DNA from: Azolla caroliniana
Taxonomy: Eukaryota > Plantae > Polypodiophyta
NCBI GenBank assembly: GCA_043228905.1
Contig: JBHGNT010000016.1
Location: 5,394,001 to 5,458,000, forward strand
Direction: 5' to 3'
DNA: 64,000 nucleotides
In this document: positions 41,566-54,345 of the stretch, piece by piece
Layout of the letters: every line of letters begins with the position of its first letter
How positions within the stretch are numbered: the stretch's first letter is position 1
Position numbers and translations under genes: made by a program
Notes under the pieces: model-generated
The model's database searches: none
The model's input: only the letters and a program-made list of their open reading frames with translations
Told to the model about the DNA's origin: nothing

Positions 41566-44500
41566 TCAGAACACATCACGAGCAAACAGCGTCGTTGCTC
41601 CCCAGCCATACTGGCCAGCATGTGTGTTCTGTATGCATACAAAGAATTAGGAAAATATGCATGCATGTATGTCATTGCTATGAATGTATTATGCATGTAT
41701 GTGTATGCATGCATACGGATGTAAATCATATATGGATGCATGCATATATGTAATATGTATGTATATATATACCTGAGTGCTCCAAAGGTTACTCCTAACT
41801 TTTTGTAATGAAGTAGCTGTAACTGTATCTGTAGTATTATTATCTGTACCTCCAAGCTTTAAATTTAGGGCCTTGGAATTGGTCCTGCTATTTCCAATCA
41901 AACTCTAATCATATTCAGCCTCTTATTACCTTAGGTGCATCATACTTATGATGCCTTATTATACTCCACTCAAAAAGAAATAATAGAAACTCACCCAGAA
42001 ACTGCAACCATAGTGGAATCACTAATCTCTACATCTTTGCTTTCACCTTCAAGAAGATCGAGGACAAACTTAAAATTGCTCGAGAGTAAGGACCCATCTG
42101 AATAACAAGAAAAAGGCAACTGAGCTTCTTCACATTATAGCATAGACCAATGTAAGAACTTCAAAACAAGACTATACAAACATATGTATACATACATACA
42201 TACATACATACATACACGCATAACATAGCTATATATATAAACAAACACACAAACACAAAACACACACATGAACATATATTTGTTGTTACCATGGCCAATA
42301 TCACCAGCAAGATCAAAATCGGAAGTATCTAACTTGGTCCCAATAGGGTTCAAAACAGCCTCCCCCATAGGTTCATTTCCAGTCATCTCAAGCTGGCCGA
42401 GCTTTTGCTCTACCACAGGAAGTTCAATGTTAAGCCTCTCCTCTTGCAAAATGAGATGGATATCTTGCCTTTCTTTATGAACTAGCCCTGATGATGCTGA
42501 TTCAAAATAAATCAGAAAAGTCAAAAAATAAAATAAAGAGTCTCAATTTGGTTTTCAATAATAAAAAGATGGGGGGGGGGGGGATGACTACTAACCAATG
42601 TGAAATGAAGAGAGGAATCACAAAAATTAAAAACTGAAACTTTGAAAAAAGAAGGGAAGTAAATTTATACATTTTTTGCCTTTCTCCTTATATGGCTTCA
42701 CAAGGACTCTTGCACCACATATATAGTGTGGGTTTCCTTCAGTAAGGATAGTCCTGACTGTGTCTGGATATATAAAGGTTACGAACCCAAACATCCTCTT
42801 CTGCTGGTGGGGTATCCTAACATCTTGGACAGGTCCATAAGCCCTGGTTCACACTCACAAAAAACATTCAAACTTACACATACATACACAAAAACTAAGT
42901 ATGTCCACACAAAATCTAAAGTTTTCGAGTCAATGGATCAAAAAACAAAAATTAATACACCTAAACATATAGTATACAATTCACAAAAATTGAAAAAAAG
43001 TTAGTTAGCCCTTTATAGCCATGATGCGTTACATAGCTCCACAACATCTTTTCGAGTTTTTATTAAAAGCATCAAAGGTCTCTTCTCCCCCCTAAAAGTA
43101 AAATTACCTTTTACTTAAAAAGCTTTAGAAAAGGACTCTTTATGACCACATATATAGATATATACACATTTAACCGTACATTTAATGTGAATGAAATTCA
43201 TTCATTGATAGGTTTTCCTAGTAAACTATTACTTAGGCATGTGGGTGTACATATGTGGAAGAAGAGATTGACATAACTCACCTGAAATGGATCGTGACAT
43301 CCTCCTCACTAAAACTACTTTCAGCTGGAAATGTTAAGTAGATTTGCCGAGAGCTAGCGTTCATCGAATCAATGAGATCCTCAGGCCCCCGGCGTCCACC
43401 TTCATTTGATAAATGAAGGCCCTCCTCCAACAACATCACAGCATGCTGTCCATGAGGCCTACGCACAAAATGAAGAAGGAAAAACGAGAAAATATGAAAC
43501 CCAGAAAGCATGTAAAATATCGGTTATATTGTCAGCAAAATCTCTCAAGATTAAGCAAATGATCCAAATGGAAACAAAAACCCAATGCAAATGCTAAACT
43601 TGCAGACAAATGGATGTGATTTTCAGACATTACACAACAAAATGGAGGGTGAGATCAATTTAAGCACCTTTCGATCAATCGGACAGTCCCTTTGAGCCTC
43701 ATGAGTAGCCGGGTGAGGCTAAATCCAGCTTTCCCATGGCGTTGGCTCTCAGTCAAGTATCCTTCGGCTTGTAAGGATTTGCCAAACCTTTCATAATACA
43801 TTTGTGGCAGCGATGCGATGGAGACGGGCACTTTCTTCCCTTTCAGAAGCTCCCTCAACTCCATCTCAAAGCTTTCAAACCCTAATTGTTGAGCAAAGCT
43901 ATAGCCATCATCAGATCCAGATGAGTCAACTTCTACATCTCCATGGAGCGAGGTCATATTCGCATTATATCGGTCAGGCCCATCGACATGATGCGAGAAA
44001 CGACAAGTATTCCCATGTTTGCAATAACCCCGAGAGAAGAAGAGGCAGGATCTAGTTATAGAGCTCATGTTCATGTTCATGTTGCTGCTGTTGTTATTGT
44101 TATTGTTATTGTTGTTGTTGCTGTTGTGAGAAGAAGAAGAAGAAGAAGAAGAAGAAGAGTGATGGAGTTTAAAGAAGTTACTACTATGTTGATGAAGAAG
44201 ATGATGTTCTTCTGAAGCCATGTTGTAGTTGAAGGTGGGGGTCTTGTCATTAAACAAGCTCAATACCGAAGAAGGCGGAAGAGTCGGAGTCGGAGTCGGA
44301 GGAGCTAGGGCATTATTACTACTACACCATTGTTGGATGGTGTGAGGGTAAGGGATGATGGGTCTAGTACTGATGGAGCCATTCAGCTTCGGCGCGATCG
44401 TGGTGTTATAATTAGATCCCAAATTAGGATTACTGGTGTAGAAGCTTACCATGGAATCAGAAGCAGTCGAGGAGGCCATCGGCATCATCATCATCATCGG

Positions 44501-45067
44501 GGGGGAGTTCAAATTGGATGAAAGCCCAAATTGTCCGCTACCTCCCATCGTGGACATGGCGCCAGATGTAGCCGGAGAATTCAACTGCCCTCCTGTAGAA
44601 GAAGAAGAAGAAGAAGAAGAAGTTGCAGCCATAGGGCTCAACTGCCCAACTGCAACCGGTGACCCCCCGCCGCCGGCCTCGAAGCTCAACTGCCTTGGAC
44701 CAACTGTCGCCTCAAAGGTCAACAACTGCCGCGGGGCCGGGCCTGCCCCACCCCCCTCTAAGGTGTTCAACAACTGGCCTGAGCTTCCTGTCCCAAAGCT
44801 CCCTTGGCCATGTCCACCACTCCCGGGCTGGACAGCCCTGCTCCACCCTGCACTCCCTGGCTTATTGTGGTTCATATGTAACCCTAGCTCCGCTCTGGCC
44901 TTGCTTACCATGGCATGTAAGACCTCATCAGAGCCCAAGGCCAGCATGAATAGCTCTTGCTCTGCCCAATCTTGGAGGAGCAAATACCCCATTATCTTGA
45001 ATGCATTCTCCGCATCACTGCTTTGAACTCTGCTAAACAATATCCTTCTCACTTCCTCCACATCCAT
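41566..45067 (-). CDS. CCCH zinc finger + OST-HTH/LOTUS + RRM RNA-binding protein (C3H18-like); exons 45067-43668, 43458-43282, 42843-42671, 42496-42290, 42097-41995, 41884-41773, 41628-41566 (last exons tentative)
   Basis: N-terminal family motif [25 protein letters not shown]; [23 protein letters not shown]; LOTUS-like ELRELL...[42 protein letters not shown]...R|PHGQHAVML; [22 protein letters not shown]...[22 protein letters not shown]...[19 protein letters not shown]. Phases are consistent (2235 nt). Confidence 0.88.
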
Positions 45068-45455
45068 CCTTCTTATATAATATATATGTATATAACCGAT
45101 ATGTCCTTCAATCCCTGTATCTCTCTCTCTCTGTCTTTCTCTTTCTCTTTCTTTCTCTCTCTCTCTTTCTATATATATATATCATATATGTATATATATG
45201 TATGTATGTGTGTGTGTGTATTATATGTTTACCTATCTATCTATCTATATCTATATATGGATTCCATAAACAGGCCAAAGAAGAAACTACAAGAAACAGG
45301 GGAGAGCAGAAACAGAGAGTGTGTGTTCCTCCTCTGTTTCAGCTCCAGCCCCACTATACTATATACCACTGTATGTAACAATCTTTTTAAACCCCAGGAG
45401 ATTCAATCCAAACCTTTTCTTTCTTTATTACAACTGATCCAAACCATACATACAC

Positions 45456-45487
<32 letters not shown>

Positions 45488-45755
45488 AAATTTATAATGT
45501 ATACACAAACATACATATATAATATTATAGGAGACAGACAGAGAGAGAGACAGAGAGATGAGATAAGATCATAGATGGTGTGTGTGTGTGTGTGTGTGTA
45601 GGTATATTCTCTTTGATGGTTTGTTGTTTACCTGAGTGAGAGATGTTATATGGTTTTGATGGATGGATGGATGGATGAATAATATTGGTCAGTCAATATT
45701 TGATCTTTTGATGTGAATATTAATTACTCCTACCACTACTACTCCTACTCTACTC

Positions 45756-45757
<2 letters not shown>

Positions 45758-45806
<49 letters not shown>
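45758..45806. repeat. (ATT)n microsatellite
   Basis: Read directly from sequence. Confidence 0.9.
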
Positions 45807-46055
45807 GCTGAAGTAAAGGCCACCACACCAGTTTGTATATATATGTATGTACATAAGTAGCTCTCTCTCCCTCTCTTGTGGAAAGGGTGGGTGAGAAAAA
45901 GGGTAAGTATGATTGAGTTAGTTGAAGTTACAGAGACAGACAGACAGACAGACAGAGAAGGGCTCTCTTCTTTATGTATTTATCTACACGGAAACAGAGT
46001 TTGATTGTTTTGTTCATTTCTTTTAATTTTATTCTCAATGGTCTGGTTTTTTTTT

Positions 46056-46088
46056 GGGGGTTAGGGTTAGGGTTAGGGTTAGGGTTTT
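46056..46088. repeat. Interstitial (TTAGGG)4 tract, including a telo-box AAACCCTAA on the - strand
   Basis: gggggttagggttagggttagggttagggtttt, about 1 kb upstream of the CCCH gene ATG. Confidence 0.85.
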
Positions 46089-46616
46089 ACTCAAAAAGGC
46101 CATGGATGGATTGTGAAGCAGAGGAAGAAGAAGTTAAGCAGGCGCAGCAGACGTAGCTTTCAGAACAATTTTTAGATTTTATTTTTATTTTTATTTTTTA
46201 AATTTTTTAAAAATTCAATGAAAAACAAAATATTGATTCATAATAACAAAGAGAGGAGCATTGATTGATTGCTGAAGGGGAGGGAGGGGTTTTTTTTCCC
46301 TTAATTAATAAAGTAATCAATTTCTCTTATCTATACATATATATATATATATAATTTATTTTTTGTATTAATAACTTTTCAATAAATAAAAAACGTCCCT
46401 TTTCTTTTTCTGTTTGTTCTGTGGAGGGCCAACATATAAATTGTTTCTCCGTCTTTCTCCTTTTTGCTTTTTTTTTTACTTTTTGTCTTTCTTTTTCAGG
46501 GAAGTCTTATTGAGAACCAGTCAAAAATAATAATAATAATAATAATAATAATAGTAATAACAAAACATGCTGCACACTATCACATAAACATAAATTTCAA
46601 ATATATATGTATATAT

Positions 46617-46651
<35 letters not shown>

Positions 46652-46897
46652 GAGAGAGAGAGAGTCTAGACACAAAACACTGTGAATAATAATACCCATT
46701 ATACAAATGACAACAATTGTATTTTGCTTGTTTCAATGGGTATTTATGTATTTTTGGGAAAAAAATGGGGTATTTATGTATATGGTCCATGTATGGGCTA
46801 TATGCATGCAGCATATGATATGATACATATACATATGGGGTGTATGCTATGTGCTATGGGGCATGGGGCATGGGACATATATGTATGTGTATGTGCT

Positions 46898-47284
46898 CAA
46901 AATTATGGAAGAAGAGAGAGGTTTACCCACCTTCTAAACGAATCGGGTAACAGAACTGTCTTATCTTAGGTCGATATGGATATGTCGAAACCACCTTTTC
47001 TCATAACTTTTTATATTCCAAGCGATAAGAACGAGTTCTCTAACTAATTGAATGGGCGAACGACGGGGATTGAACCCGCGCATGATGGAGAAGAACATAG
47101 TCTAAAGATTGATAAGTTGAAACGTGATGTAGATACTACTATGCTAGGTATTGGAGATCGAAAACTTCGAATAACTCTAAATAAGAAAATTCAACCAGTT
47201 ATCGAAATTAATGAGTCACGAATCAGTGACAAACCCAATAACATGCACAATTTTCTTGTTATTCCTTCGGGAATACGAAGAAAA
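46898..47284. other. Probable nuclear plastid DNA insertion (NUPT), apparently mosaic
   Basis: Non-repetitive block with a plastid trnH 3' half, followed abruptly by a stop-free stretch (GEEHSLKIDKLKRDV...HNFLVIPSGIRRK) that might be a ycf fragment (unverified). Confidence 0.65.
47054..47089 (-). pseudogene. trnH: 3' half of plastid-type tRNA-His(GUG), truncated before the anticodon loop
   Basis: Reverse complement tccatcatgcgcgggttcaatccccgtcgttcgccc matches the known plastid trnH 3' end (TCCACCATGCGCGGGTTCAATTCCCGTCGTTCGCCC). The 5' half is absent. Confidence 0.8.
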
Positions 47285-50200
47285 GGCATGGGCATATATG
47301 TATGTGTATGTGCTATGTATGGGGCATGGGCATATATGTATGTGTATGTGCGATGGGGCATGGGCATATATGTATGTGTATGTGCGATGGGGCATGGGCA
47401 TATATGTATGTGTATGTGCTATGGGGCATGGGCATATATGTATGTGTATGTGCTATGTATGGGGCATGGGTATATGTATATGTATGTGTATGTGATATGG
47501 GGCATGGGGCATATATGTATGTGTATGTGTGGGGTGCCCACGTGGGACGGGTTGTGTGTATTTTTTGTTTACTTTTTTTTATATTGTTTTGTTTAGGTGA
47601 GTGTCAGAAGAGAGAGAGAGAGTAGAGAGAGACTGAGAGAGTAGAGAGAGAGAGTAGAGAGAGAGACTGAGAGAGTTATGCATGCGGACAGAAATGGGAA
47701 TACAACAAAATAGGGCCCCCCCCCCGGTCCAGCCAGCGTGGCACTGCTGACGTGGCACCCCTTTTCTTTTCTTTTTCTTTTACCTTTGTTATTTTTCCAA
47801 AACAAACTTTTGCCTTTTTCTATGACGTCGCTTTCTTCAGCGAGTTTTTTTTTTTTCCTTTTTTTTTTCTTTTTTGATTAACCACAAAAAAAAAGAAAAA
47901 AAAAAAAAGAACACTGGTTTGGGTTGCTATGTTTTTCTTTTGCTTAAATTTAATTAACCAATATTTTATTTTTTTTCTGTTTTCTGTTTTTTGCGTTTTG
48001 CGTTTTGCGTTTTGCTTTTTGCTTTTTTCTTTTTAAAGAGATTGGGTCACCCACACAACTACCCAACTTCCCACCCCTCTTTCCTCTGTGTTTTTTTTTT
48101 TCTTGCTCTTGTTTTTTAGGGTTTTCTTTTTGTCTTTTGTTTTCTAGTATGCAATGGTGGGTGACCCCTGAGTGGTCAGGCCAAACCTTCCATGAACTAC
48201 TATGATGTCTCGGACCACGCCACCATCTTCTGGATCTCAACCATCACCGAGACCCCATCTACCTTCGTAAGTCAGCCTATGTTGTAGGTTGGTGGTTTTC
48301 GGGTCCGAGAATCTCGGATGCTAAGGAAGGAAGAAAATGAAGGAGGAGTTGAGCTTTTTTGCCATCCCAGGTGTTCAATGTTGGCCATATGTATCAATTT
48401 TACATCACCTGTTTGGCTCGCTAATGACTGATTTATTGAAATATACATCAATTCAAACTCATTACCCAACTATTTCATGAATTAGGTTTCAAACAACCTA
48501 CGTTGTATTACCTAATCATTGTTTTTGTGCCCGATCATAAATACATCGTTGTGACTCGCAAAGTAATCCTTCTTTAGAAATGCCCGGAAAGTTTCTCGTG
48601 TGCATTGTAGTTTGTGACACGCTTGACCTGACCATATTTATACATACCATAATGTTGGTGAACAATATTTGGGGTACGTAACCCTACCCAATAACCTTGC
48701 AAGCATGTTTATCATTGGGGAAATATCACTTCGTTTTTCCACCTTACCATACCATATGCAATTCTCCATGTGTATATGATGTTTTAGGTGTGCTTTACTT
48801 TAGCTTCATCAAGTACACTTAACATACGTACATAATGCACATCTTATCTCAGGACAACCTTACATAACTTCCAAGGTTTTATACAATCTACATTGATTCT
48901 TGTGCACACTCAATTAGCATACATCATTATATGCTAGCCATTTCCCACTAAACCTTATGTGGTTGTGCACATTCTAATTGCTATTTATCTTTCGGAGTCA
49001 CACCTTCAATGCTGCCCCAAGAGCTAATAATAGATCGTAAGAATGATCATTCCACCATGTGAACATAATCGCCTTTTGTTGTGTTAATAGTTGTATTTAT
49101 GAAATTCTCAGTCTGCAAGATGTGATAATGTAACATGACGACGCAAATAATTGACACATTGGCAAGACCAATAATGCCATTAAAAAAATTATGAGTAACC
49201 ATGCATCCACTTGTCCAATGATGCATCGGATGGACCCATTCCCCATATTATTTCCACTCAATCACTTTCAAGGGAGAGGTGGGACACCTCCCAAAAAGAC
49301 AATGTGAATATGCAACCATATACCCTACATTACAACATGTAGATATAATAAGATGCATGGATGTGAATGAACTTGAACTATACTTTTGTGTCCTTGAAAC
49401 AAGTGGAACAAACCTCTCAAAAGCTAAAATGTGCTTTGTCAGAGCCTTTGAAAAGGAAAAGACGTGAATATGCAATGAATGGTATCTATGTTCGCAAAAA
49501 CCATGGGATCGACATTCAAACAATGTTCGCCCCAAAAGGTATTTACTTACTTTTCAGGAAAAGGAGGGAGAGCAAGGACTTTAGTATTTTTCCAAAAAAA
49601 CATTTCTACTTCCATTAGTTAAGAAAAAGTACATAGGGTAATATACAACTCATATGTTACAAAGCCACTTTGCATGGCTACAAGAAAACACCATGTATAA
49701 ATGAAGCAACAAAGCCTCAACACAGAATTCCCCACAACATGAGCCTCACACAACCCACATTCAGCAAAGACACCCTCCAATCTCTTCACAATTCAGCAAG
49801 GACTTTAGTATTATGAGTATCATGGTTCCCATAAAATAAGACAAGTTTAAGTATAACCTCAAGCAAAAGTACAATGCCATGACCTTACACACAAGGATAA
49901 GTTCGAGGAAGTTTTATCATTTCCTACACAATCTCAAGCATGTACATGCTAGTGGATGTTTGTTTTTAACTTCAAAATATTATGGATGTAAACCTAGCTT
50001 TAACCTCAAATGAGCCTACATGTCCTTGTTTAATGTTCAATGTCGTCGTGATATATATATGTATGTATGTATGTTTGTATGCATGGAAGACAAGGTCCCT
50101 TTGATGTTAGATATAAATCCTTCAATTAATTTAGCATTTGTTGAGGCGATTTGACCTATGGTGTGTGTATGTGTACACACATAATATATGTGTGAATGTG

Positions 50201-53200
50201 TGTTAATGGAAACATGTCAATTGCGTGGACCTTATGATCTTTTTCTATGTTTCTTTCTCATTATTCCCAAACCAAACGCCTTACATCCCTCAAAAAGAAA
50301 AAACTTTTAGTGAGTAATGGTGAGCAACTAGCAACAATTCTTGAATGTCTCAATATAGCATTTGTTGTGTTTTCGTTAAATTGATCCATTGATGACAGTT
50401 GCAAACTATTGTTGCCTTTAAGGCTAATAAATTGAAACCATTGATGGCATTTGCCCTTGATCCAAATAGTCAATACGTAAGACTCCATGTTAGGCTTGTG
50501 TTGCATATTTTTAATTCCTAGTTTTTAAGGTAGCAAATTACTACTCATACTCATTCAAGTATCTGCAACACATGTGGTCTCTTTAGGTTATTATGGTGTT
50601 ATTATCCTACATGGATTGTTATGACAAGTTGTTAGTATTATTTTATGTCTATTTCAAATGATAAAACTTGAACGCGGCTTTTGCACAAGGCAAAGCCCCA
50701 TTTACAATGCTGAAAAATGATACTTAAAAAAGAATGTGGATGCAATATCTCAATCGTTCACTAGCACACGACCATCGTGTTGATCATGGACCATGGTCCT
50801 ACCTCCTTTCAGCCCTTGTCAAGCCATGTAAGAAGCTAATGCTTGGATAAGGAAATCAACCAACCAAAATAATTGTGCCCCCCCAATTAGCCATAAAATA
50901 GGACAAACCATATTATTACTTTTTGTGGGGTTGGGGAAAACACTGGTTTCAGCCTCAAAAAAAAAGAAAAGAATTACATTACACAATAAATGTATCAAAA
51001 TAGAGTAAATCGATCTACTTTCGAATGATAATCAACGTGAAATGCAAATGGGTTAATCATCATGTATACATATCCACCACTGTTAATATGAAATGGGATC
51101 TCCATGAAACTACAAAAACTTGTGAAGGAATGTTTATTTACAATCACCATTCATATGGAACAACTTCGTCATTCAATTGACAAGGACGTTCAGTTGCTCT
51201 TTTGTTTTAGTTTGTTTTTAATGTTATTATTTATCTATATGGAATTATGGCAATGTCTGTGACCCCAACATTGGCCAATGTTGTCGATTGTGCCACGTTT
51301 GGTTGACTGGTGAATTACCAACATTCCATTATTTCTTTTTACTGGTGAACAAATATCTCATAAACTCTATTGGTATTTATGGTTGGAAAGACCCCACGGG
51401 GGTCCATCTTGTCAAGGGCCAAAATGACTAGAGGCTAGAGCCCCTCTTTTTTGGGTCACTTCAACCACAAAAGGGTGTAAGTGAACATGTTGTTTGTTTT
51501 TTTCTCTTTCTATGAACTAGCAAAAACAATTAGGGGCCCCTCTTATTTGAAGACATTTCTATATTTAACTATATGCTTTTAAAACTACTACCTCTGGTCA
51601 AACTTCAACTATACAAACTCTAGTTGAGCACATCAATCACTCTAGAATCTAGATTCCTTCTAGATGTATATCCTCAATTTTGCTTTTACAAGGCAACACC
51701 ATCCCTAAGCTCCAATTGATATTCAAAATTGAAATTTGAGGAACGACTCAATGATGCAATCTTCTCAATCCATTGTTTGGAATGTGTTGGTGTTGTTTGT
51801 CTACTCAACAATGTCAACAACCCATGTGCACTAGCATAGAAGGTCTTCCTAGGGATTTGTTGTTGTCAAGCACGTTGGTAGATTGCATATTTGGTGGAAC
51901 TTTGTGGCCACTGCTTCCCAATGTTTGATGATTGGGGCCATTGATATTTGATAGATCACCACTATTACAACAATTAAGATTTACTTATTACTCAATAGAG
52001 ATAGGCGGTGTCCAGGAAAGTAGTATGAAGGAGTATTCCACAATGTCATACATGAGAGTTTGCATTATGTTATTCCTCTTACCCTCATCAAGACTGACTA
52101 ATGACATTCTTCTTTGTTTAGTACACAAAGTATAGTATATAGAAACCAATTTCACCATGTGATTCCCAATAGGTTGATCATCGTTTTGTTGATCTAACGT
52201 GTTGTTGGGAGTTATTGTTACGTAATCTTCCCTCCTCATGCATTTATCCACATTATTCATCTCAACATCTGTGCATGTATCTGGACAAGTGGACAAGAAT
52301 GTTGTGTAATTTTGATTAATACAATGTCGACAATTTCACGGATTCATATTGTCATGTGATTAATCCCATTAAGTGAATTGTATATAAGAACATATTATGT
52401 TAAAGGAATAAAAGAACATTTGCCTAGGTATAACTTATGAACATACCATATGATTAGAAGTCAATGATGGTTAGAATAGTTGCTTTAGTGACTGGACAAT
52501 ATTTGATTGATTGTATTCCTATAAGGCCATTTGACATAGACAATGGAATTTGCAAATATATATACTCCTACTACACTTGTGCATTTGCTCCTTTTAAGGC
52601 ATCAAACTTCAACCTATTTAATCCTAAATCTCCTCCATGGTCATCATTAACCTGATCCATGCCTTGTACAACCCCAAACTCAAGGTATATGTTGGATGTC
52701 CATGAATGTAGTGTGGATTCATCCATCCAAGCTAGCTAGTTTATGTCCCTTCACGCAAGGGATTACATCTGGGTGGTCAATTGAAATATAGCGCTCCATG
52801 TCATGCTCATTACTTTAATTAAGATATTAGGATACTACGGTGACAATCAATCTATTCATTATATATAATATGAAATCTAATACTTGCTCTCTACATTTCA
52901 AAATGCCTTGGAGTGAACTTTTTGTGATGCCTATAAATGTGAGGAAAAAAACATGTTTCTCTTTTTTCATGATGGAGAAGATGTTACAATTCTAGGCTAT
53001 GCTTTTGCTAAGTAAGACTTGGCATCCTACCAATATTCATATAATTGGTTGGCAAGGCCATTTGTAGAGCCCAATCGTACTTTCACTCTTTCTTAATTAT
53101 CACCTCATTGTCGAATGTCTAGGCAAGGACCCACCAAACCAGGCCCAACTCAAACGACATAAAAATATTAAAGAATTTACCAATGATTTAGGGGCATAAT

Positions 53201-54149
53201 AGAGGGAAACAAACATGATACATTAGACTTTTATGTCAATAAGATACCTTATACTATGATACTAGGGAAGTTAAGGAGGATTGCCAAGATGATGACGAAA
53301 TGAAGTGGAGGTTTTGATACTTGTGCAAAAACTAATAATTTAGTATATAAATTAATATCTTAAATGGAGAGAATGTTTGGAATGGATAGTTTCGTATATC
53401 GTTTGAATGAGCTAATGGTTAGAATTTGGGGTCCGGGGACAAAGTTTGCCCCTTAATCTTAAGACGAAATAATATAAAGATGGTGATAAATGGTCTGTCC
53501 TTTGGCACTAAGATTGGAGTGCATGTATCTAATTTGAAACTTGTCAAATGATTTTAAGTTGCATTTTAGATACATTTATGTCAACACTTTGGCCCAAATT
53601 GAAGTGCACGTATCCAATTCACAACTTATTGAATATGTTTAAATTGCATTTCAAATAAAATGAAGTATCTACCTCACAATTTAGTAGATGATTTAAAGTT
53701 GTATCTAAGGTAAATGTTGCACTCACAACTACTATGGTTCTTACAATTTATTACTTTGTACTAGCACTCTTACTTTGGTCAAAGAGCTTCACACGCGTTA
53801 AATAAAGTAGTGGTTCCTACCCACTTACATACTTTGATAGAATACCATGTCAGTTCGTTGGTGAGTTGTCTACTCCTCTCAAGGATGCCAATGGAACTAG
53901 CTCACCATGTGAATAATCTTATTCTCATTCTCATATTTGATTAAAAAATAAAAATATAGTGAGAGAGGGTTTAGGGTTTAGGCCCCAAGAGCCGACTCGT
54001 ACTAGGCAACATTGAAGGGCATCGCCTTAGATATAGGTAGCTTCTTACATTAAGTTAGGTCGCAAGGCATTGTAAGTAGGCTCATCTTCTTTTACTTGAT
54101 CGGAGGAAGACTCCCCGATGTGTGTATAAGTCTCCTTGTAGACTCTCTA

Positions 54150-54345
54150 TGTAATAATCCTTCCTAACTAATGGGAAAGTAGCTTCATTTTGGAATATAT
54201 ATATATATATATATATATAGTGAGAGAGACTTCACTTATGGTCCTAGTGTAATAATCCTTCCTAACTAATGGGAAAGTAGCTTCATTTTGGAATATATAT
54301 ATATATATATATATAGTGAGAGAGACTTCACTTATGGTCCTAGTG
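54150..54345. repeat. Near-perfect ~97-bp tandem duplication differing only in (TA)n length
   Basis: tgtaataatccttcctaactaatgggaaagtagcttcattttggaa(ta)n gtgagagagacttcacttatggtcctagtg occurs twice. Confidence 0.92.

Larger units (their letters stand above)
46787..47532. repeat. ~33-38-bp minisatellite (ggggcatgggcatatatgtatgtgtatgtgct..) interrupted by a ~390-bp foreign insert
   Basis: Units are visible at 46787-46897 and 47285-47532. Confidence 0.88.

Noticed and set aside
42596-42633. 38-nt micro-exon in the CCCH gene
   Set aside because: Inclusion breaks the phase and gives an immediate stop, whereas direct splicing 42671 to 42496 is in frame.
14404-45067. Functional gene cluster (membrane protein, LPA1, EGY2, CCCH)
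   Set aside because: The genes have unrelated functions and there is no evidence of a shared pathway. This looks like an ordinary eukaryotic gene neighbourhood.
43804-45574. Plus-strand ORFs up to 205 aa
   Set aside because: They are antisense shadows of the CCCH gene exon 1 plus microsatellite read-through.
47054-47089. Functional tRNA-His gene
   Set aside because: Only the 3' half is present, with no D-arm or anticodon loop.
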